A DNA stretch of 64,000 bases, taken from contig JAITRU010000027.1 of assembly GCA_031288225.1 (NCBI GenBank), forward strand, positions 9,740-73,739. The letters run 5' to 3'. The notes beneath the pieces are model-generated. The model was not told the DNA's origin. It searched no databases and saw nothing but the letters and a program-made list of their open reading frames with translations. Shown piece by piece: positions 59,192 through 64,000 of this stretch; positions within the stretch are counted from its first letter, which is position 1, and every line of letters starts with the position of its first letter. The DNA comes from Holosporaceae bacterium. Lineage in GTDB: Bacteria; Pseudomonadota; Alphaproteobacteria; UBA3830. Both the position numbers and the translations under genes were made by a program.

Positions 59192-60883
59192 TCATTCGAT
59201 TGAACGCCAAGCAATTGATCCTACATATTTAACAAAGATGGCTGTAGCTAGCAATAGTAATACCATGATCCAGAAGATGGTGTCTCCATATTTTGCATAG
59301 ATGGTACCTCCGGGAATCTTTTTGGGAACAAATGCATTAATGGTACCGGCGGTGTTTATGGCTATGCTGGCCAACTCTATTCCGTATCCGTCAAAAATTG
59401 CACTAATACCAAAATTTGCGGCACGAATCAGCGGTATTCCGCATTCTATGGCCCTGGATCTACAAATTTGCAGGTGCTGGAATGGTTCGGAAGTTTGACC
59501 GAACCAAGCATCGTTCGTTAGATTTATCATTAAGTCTACATTTTCCACATCAGGACATCCCTTGGCATTTTTGGGGATAAATTCCAGCGGAAATACGCAT
59601 TCGTAGCAGATGCACAAAATAATGCTTAATTCCTTCAGTTGCAGGATCTTAGGCGCACATCCAACATCAAAATCACCTATATTACTGGCAATGCTGGAAA
59701 TCTGTGCCGGTAGGTATTTGCGGCAGGGAATATATTCGCCAAAAGGTACCAAATGAATTTTGTCGTACTTTAATATATTTTTATCGTGACCAATTATGAT
59801 GGCGCTGTTATGTGTTTTTGCCGTAAAAACATCCTCTCTCACAGTTCCAGCAATAAGGTAACTTTTGTCTGGTAATATGGACCGCAGCCTAGCGTTCAAA
59901 GCCACCATATCATCACGGTACAGATATGGAATAGAGGCTTCTGGCCATATTATAAAATCAACTTCCTTCGATTTTTCAGAGAAATTTAGCAAATTACTGC
60001 TATGTAGGTGCCGTAGCAAATTTGCATAATCTAGACTTTCATCATTTTTTTCTTCCTGAGATAAATTGCATTGCACCACTCCGGCTCTGATGTTTGTGTA
60101 TTTTGTCTGATGATTATGCAGGCGCATCAAGCCATAACTGCTCATTCCCAACAATAGCAGCAGTGAAAGCGCCAGCGCTATGGCGGCGCTTTTCACTTTT
60201 CCTTCATTGTAAAAAACATAGCTTGCTCCCATAGATGTGATCATCGACATGGTTATGACACTTAGTCCATATATACCGTATATGCTGAGAGTTTGAAGAA
60301 AAACTTCATGACAGCACCAGGCATATCCAGGCAATATCCATGGAAATTCAATGGGAAAATGTCCGAAGATGTACAACATAACGCCAATTATGGCCGGAAA
60401 AGCTAACGCTTGTTGATGAATGGTGTGAAAATATTTCCTGGTCACGAAGGCAGCCACGATGATCTGCAAAGATAGAAATGATGGTATCAGGATAAGTGCT
60501 ACTGGAATTAGTATTCCATGCGTCCTAAAGTCCAGGGTCAAAGGAAATGCTAACCAATACAGGTTGGATGCATAAAAAAACACTGAAAACCAAAAAGTGG
60601 ACCAAGCAAAGTTTCTGTGTTTATCTTTATTACAAATAATTTTTGCGAAAAGATAGGCAAATGACAGCAAAAACATCGCCGTAATGTTATACTGTGCGAA
60701 GCCAGCAGATCCCAACAATCCCATTAGGCAGCACATTCCATAGCGACTACGAGGACTCGAATATTTTTTGCAATTTTTCAAATAAGCACAACACTTGTAC
60801 GTCATAGTGCTCCAATGATCCCATAAAATGGTCCTGAAATGCAATAAGTGAGCATTCTGAGGGATTGACCTGCAAGCACACAT
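59192..60883 (-). CDS. lnt: Apolipoprotein N-acyltransferase
   Basis: Multi-TM N-terminal half plus a CN-hydrolase domain (WPE, KIHLVPFGEYIP, ICYE). The true start is probably downstream, e.g. ATG 60805. Confidence 0.88.
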   Translation of the reverse strand: MCACRSIPQNAHLLHFRTILWDHWSTMTYKCCAYLKNCKKYSSPRSRYGMCCLMGLLGSAGFAQYNITAMFLLSFAYLFAKIICNKDKHRNFAWSTFWFSVFFYASNLYWLAFPLTLDFRTHGILIPVALILIPSFLSLQIIVAAFVTRKYFHTIHQQALAFPAIIGVMLYIFGHFPIEFPWILPGYAWCCHEVFLQTLSIYGIYGLSVITMSMITSMGASYVFYNEGKVKSAAIALALSLLLLLGMSSYGLMRLHNHQTKYTNIRAGVVQCNLSQEEKNDESLDYANLLRHLHSSNLLNFSEKSKEVDFIIWPEASIPYLYRDDMVALNARLRSILPDKSYLIAGTVREDVFTAKTHNSAIIIGHDKNILKYDKIHLVPFGEYIPCRKYLPAQISSIASNIGDFDVGCAPKILQLKELSIILCICYECVFPLEFIPKNAKGCPDVENVDLMINLTNDAWFGQTSEPFQHLQICRSRAIECGIPLIRAANFGISAIFDGYGIELASIAINTAGTINAFVPKKIPGGTIYAKYGDTIFWIMVLLLLATAIFVKYVGSIAWRSIE

Positions 60884-60902
60884 GATACATGCCTATGCCT
60901 AC

Positions 60903-61083
60903 CTATTAACTTTCCACTAAAGTCTGTCGATTTTTATAGGAAAGTTTTACTCCAAATGTAGAACATGTTTGTAGGGCGGTTAAGCTGCATGCTTGACTTC
61001 GATAATCCTACTCCACGATTATACCTTAAATTGTGGTAAAACTTTTCTATAAAAATTGACAGACTTTAGTGGAAGGTTAATAG
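60903..61083. repeat. Large imperfect inverted repeat (48-bp arms, 85-bp spacer) in the lnt / MORN-gene divergent intergenic region
   Basis: Left arm is ctattaactttccactaaagtctgtcgatttttataggaaagttttac (60903-60950). The reverse complement of 61036-61083 matches it at 45 of 48 positions. Confidence 0.85.
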
Positions 61084-61341
61084 ATATTTTGAATTTTCTG
61101 CCGTTTCCAAGGAATCAGCTTTCGCTGCTTGACATTCATTTGGAAAGCCTTAAAATCCAACACCTTGTTTCAATGATTTCTATTTTTATCGGATAATTCA
61201 GAGTTGTAGATAATCAGCAGCCATCTTTTGGTTTCGAAAAACTCCGTTGTTCAACACAATCGATGGCGCTAGAATTCGCTCCCGAATACATGATACCATC
61301 GGAAATGGCAGAGGGTGAAAAAACAATGAAGAAGGGGGAAA

Positions 61342-61998
61342 ATGCCGAATGAGCAGGAAGCGACAGCTGATATAGCAGCGCAGGACAGTGATCAAGAAAA
61401 TGAAGTAGATGCAAAAGCAGAAAAAATTTCTGCTGATGTTGTCGATGTTTGCGAAATAATAGACGCCGACGGTAAAGTTATAAAGAAAATTTCCCTGAAA
61501 AATGGTGTGCCTCACGGAGCAACGGTTATTTTTGACGAAAACGGTGCAGTTAGCCATAGGCTGAATTTCGTAAATGGTATTCTGGAAGGACCAGCGGAAT
61601 TTTTCGAGGGTGAAAAATCATTGATGACAACTAATTTCAAAGATGGAGTGCAGGAAGGAGAGGCAGTTTTCTTTTCCAATGGCATAAAATCATCCACCGT
61701 TTGCTTTAAAAATGGATTGTTTGATGGAGTGTTCACGTCCTTTGATGGGGCTGGTAACGTCATGCGGGTAGCCAATTATGTGGAAGGCAAGCAACAGGGC
61801 GAATGCCAACTATTTTATCCGGATGGAGCTCTTCTGGAACATTCATTGTACGAAAACAATTTAATTAATGGAGAAGTTAAAAAATACTATCAGGACGGAA
61901 GCCTTATGGAAATTTCATGTTTTGAAAATGGCAAACCATGTGGAACTGTCGATTTCTTCGATAATGCTGGAAATTTACTATCCAGCTGCGAGGTGTAG
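61342..61998 (+). CDS. MORN-repeat (YwqK-like) protein
   Basis: Seven or more repeats of the G...G....F..NG pattern (NGVPHGATVIFDENG, NGILEGPAEFF, DGVQEGEAVFFSNG, NGLFDGVFTSFDGAG, EGKQQGECQLFYPDG, NGEVKKYYQDG, NGKPCGTVDFFDNAG). Confidence 0.8.
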   Translation: MPNEQEATADIAAQDSDQENEVDAKAEKISADVVDVCEIIDADGKVIKKISLKNGVPHGATVIFDENGAVSHRLNFVNGILEGPAEFFEGEKSLMTTNFKDGVQEGEAVFFSNGIKSSTVCFKNGLFDGVFTSFDGAGNVMRVANYVEGKQQGECQLFYPDGALLEHSLYENNLINGEVKKYYQDGSLMEISCFENGKPCGTVDFFDNAGNLLSSCEV

Positions 61999-62187
61999 TT
62001 AAAAAAATCAGAGATGTGGGATTGTCCCATAAAGGTGGAAATTATTTGATGGACATCAAGATGGTAGCCAAAGGGAAAAGAGAACTATTACTGTCGTGCT
62101 ATTTCTATGAATGATTATTTTGGGAGTAGATGCAAAATATGGTGGGTGCTTTCATGTATGATTCATGGAGGTAGTTTCAACTAAATA

Positions 62188-62289
62188 ATACCATTCCTCA
62201 TTATTAATTTCTCTCAGCAAGCGGTGAGCAGCATTATGTTCAGGCTACGCGGAAAAGCTTTCGGATAATTTGTTCCGAGGAATGGTATA
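62188..62289. repeat. 102-bp MITE-like element, copy 2 (reverse orientation relative to 19854-19955)
   Basis: ataccattcctca...tgaggaatggtata. The internal sequence gcaagcggtgagcag...gttcaggcta.gcggaaaagctttcggataatttgtt matches the reverse complement of copy 1. Confidence 0.85.
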
Positions 62290-62450
62290 CATAAACTATT
62301 TTGAGAGTGCATTTGTAATGTCGAATTTTCGCTCAAATATCAGACAAATCATTGACAAACGAACGCACTTTCAAAGTAGTTTATATATATACTCAATCAC
62401 AGTGAGATTTCAGATGAGAAATGCTGCAATCACAATAAAGACTCACCAAT

Positions 62451-62510
62451 AAAATCCAATTTCTTACGGTGATTGAGTATATACCCAATCACCGTGAGAA
62501 ATTGGATTTT
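62451..62510. terminator. 25-bp-stem hairpin; possible bidirectional terminator or palindromic repeat unit
   Basis: aaaatccaatttcttacggtgattg / caatcaccgtgagaaattggatttt (1 mismatch) with a 10-nt loop. T-run on the + strand and A-run before it. It lies between the convergent genes ending at 61998 and 62684. Confidence 0.55.
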
Positions 62511-62683
62511 TGTGCGCGAAAAACCAGCAAATTTCCGATACATAAATTCGCTTTCTCAGCGTTATTGAGTATATTAGATGTGGGGTGGAGGAAGCCATCT
62601 CCCGGATTCCATGGCATACTATCTCAAAAATCCGACTTTTTTGCGTGCAGCAGTGTATGCTAATTCATTGGCACTTGCGTTAC

Positions 62684-63283
62684 TTAATTTTTTGCAGTTT
62701 CAGTTTTCTTTACCAATTTAATATAGGCCACCACTTGCTTTACATCCGAGGTTACCCGAGCACTATGTAGCACTACATCTCGCTCAAATTTTGAATGAGC
62801 CGTTCCACATACGTAAACAATTCCGTTGACAGTGGTAATGTCGTAGTTGAAGGATTGCACATTGCCATCAAATGCTAGTGCGGATTTGATGCGTGACGTT
62901 ATATTTGAATCGACAAAATATTCTCTGGCCGTTGGTTTCCCTCGCACTTTTGTTTCATCAAACACAGCACAATCATCGGTGACTTCCTTTACCAGCGCCA
63001 TGGCCCTTCTGCGTTGCTCCTCGTTTTTGAAATATCCCGTGACTACTACCATGCCATGTTTGACACAGAGTTCCATCCTATCAAATATATCCTCGTCTTT
63101 GCAGTAGACGTGGTGATTGATTTTTGTTTGCAATTTACCATCTGCTAAACTTCCCACGATGCCTTTTTCGTTGCATATTGCCGTAGTACCGGCAATGGCA
63201 GCACCGCCAATTGTTATTGTTACAGGATCACAGGCAGCAGTGCTAAGCAAAGCCAGCACAAGACCACAGTGAATAATTTTCAT
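62684..63283 (-). CDS. BON-domain (OsmY-like) lipoprotein
   Basis: ATG 63283 is preceded by ggagag. Lipobox LLSTAAC. Two BON-like units (ITSRIKSAL...; VTSDVKQVVAYIKL). Confidence 0.75.
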   Translation of the reverse strand: MKIIHCGLVLALLSTAACDPVTITIGGAAIAGTTAICNEKGIVGSLADGKLQTKINHHVYCKDEDIFDRMELCVKHGMVVVTGYFKNEEQRRRAMALVKEVTDDCAVFDETKVRGKPTAREYFVDSNITSRIKSALAFDGNVQSFNYDITTVNGIVYVCGTAHSKFERDVVLHSARVTSDVKQVVAYIKLVKKTETAKN

Positions 63284-63551
63284 CTTTCTCTCCATTTTCA
63301 TTGCAGAACAATTTTCCATTGCTATGACACCGGAAGTTTAGCATTTTTTGTCGAGGATTGGTTAACCCATTTTTTGTAATATACACGATTTACTATGATA
63401 ATACGTATTATATAGCATCGAGACTGCCGCATAATGAGGTTTTTCTTGCAAGAACGAGGAAGAACATAGCCCAAGACCGCAGTGTACTTCTTGTACATGA
63501 GGATCTGACGAAGTCGATGGAGAGAAAAAGCCACTATGCAGCGGCCTCAAG

Positions 63552-64000
63552 TTACTTTGGCTGCGAAATTCGTAAATTATATTCATAAATAGAGTAGGTA
63601 TCCAAGTTGTCGTCCGCCATTTTTGGAAACTGATTTTCCCTCTCAATCGTATCCGTTGGCACGATTGATGGTGGGGTCGTGCATAACTCTGGCTGAATTA
63701 GCCCACGTGCGATCGTTCTCTGGAACTTAAAATTATCCATCAGCAATGATTTATCAATAAACAAGTCCGCGTTATAGGATCTGTGTACTTGAGTAATGAT
63801 GATTTTGTTAATTAGTTTCCCGGCTATCACATAATTAAACAACATTGCTCCGCCAATTATCCAGATGTCGTGATCTTGATATTTTTCCAATGCCTGTTCC
63901 GGTGTTTGAAATAATTTGGTACTACGATTCGATTTTGCAAAAAATTCTTTGGAGCTCATGCTATTGGAAATGATGCAATTGATTCTGCTGGGAAGCGACT
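63552..64000 (-). CDS. folA: Dihydrofolate reductase; 5' end outside the window
   Basis: IWIIGGAMLFNYVI..KLINKIIITQVH....ADLF resembles the DHFR C-terminal half. The frame stays open upstream of the track's ATG (63959) to the window edge (SRFPSRINCIISNS). Confidence 0.7.
   Translation of the reverse strand, partial: SLPSRINCIISNSMSSKEFFAKSNRSTKLFQTPEQALEKYQDHDIWIIGGAMLFNYVIAGKLINKIIITQVHRSYNADLFIDKSLLMDNFKFQRTIARGLIQPELCTTPPSIVPTDTIERENQFPKMADDNLDTYSIYEYNLRISQPK

Noticed and set aside
61198-61557. 119-aa minus-strand ORF overlapping the start of the MORN-repeat gene.
   Set aside because: It is antisense to a repeat-protein gene with clear periodic motifs, and its composition (F/C/I-rich) looks non-coding.

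Overview
This is an AT-rich chromosomal segment whose gene content (AddAB, NtrYX, ChpT, LpxI, RpoH, BamA/BamE, PlsY) points to an alphaproteobacterium. Orphan secreted proteins, IS debris and several families of short inverted-repeat elements suggest a host-associated, Rickettsiales/Holosporales-like organism; that is inference only. About 50 protein genes and one tRNA are supported, and most are housekeeping. They include: potD-like (partial), pssA-psd, radC-map, rpsF-rpsR, rpoH, xth, addAB, nth and tRNA-Val. A long conserved plus-strand block follows: rpsB-tsf-pyrH-frr-uppS-cdsA-rseP-bamA-skp-lpxD-fabZ-lpxA-lpxI-lpxB-dusB-(fis-like)-ntrY-ntrX. The rest are a Trm112-like gene, a pseudouridine synthase, plsY, an APC permease, bamE, fabD, nrdD, chpT, pepP, lepA, pheST, lnt and folA (partial). 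I see no CRISPR array, cas genes, prophage or recognisable defence module, and I cannot point to a clear-cut new multi-gene system. The items most worth a second look are: (1) an 83-aa Fis/NtrC-C-terminal-like gene whose start overlaps the dusB stop, sitting exactly where ntrBC normally lie, next to an NtrX with a degenerate ATPase site; (2) a class III ribonucleotide reductase gene that ends just before the glycyl-radical motif, with no nrdG nearby; (3) three orphan signal-peptide proteins, one combining an SV40-like basic NLS with a histidine-phosphatase-like domain; (4) at least four families of MITE-like inverted repeats and IS remnants in intergenic regions. Several start codons are uncertain and are flagged in the feature evidence.
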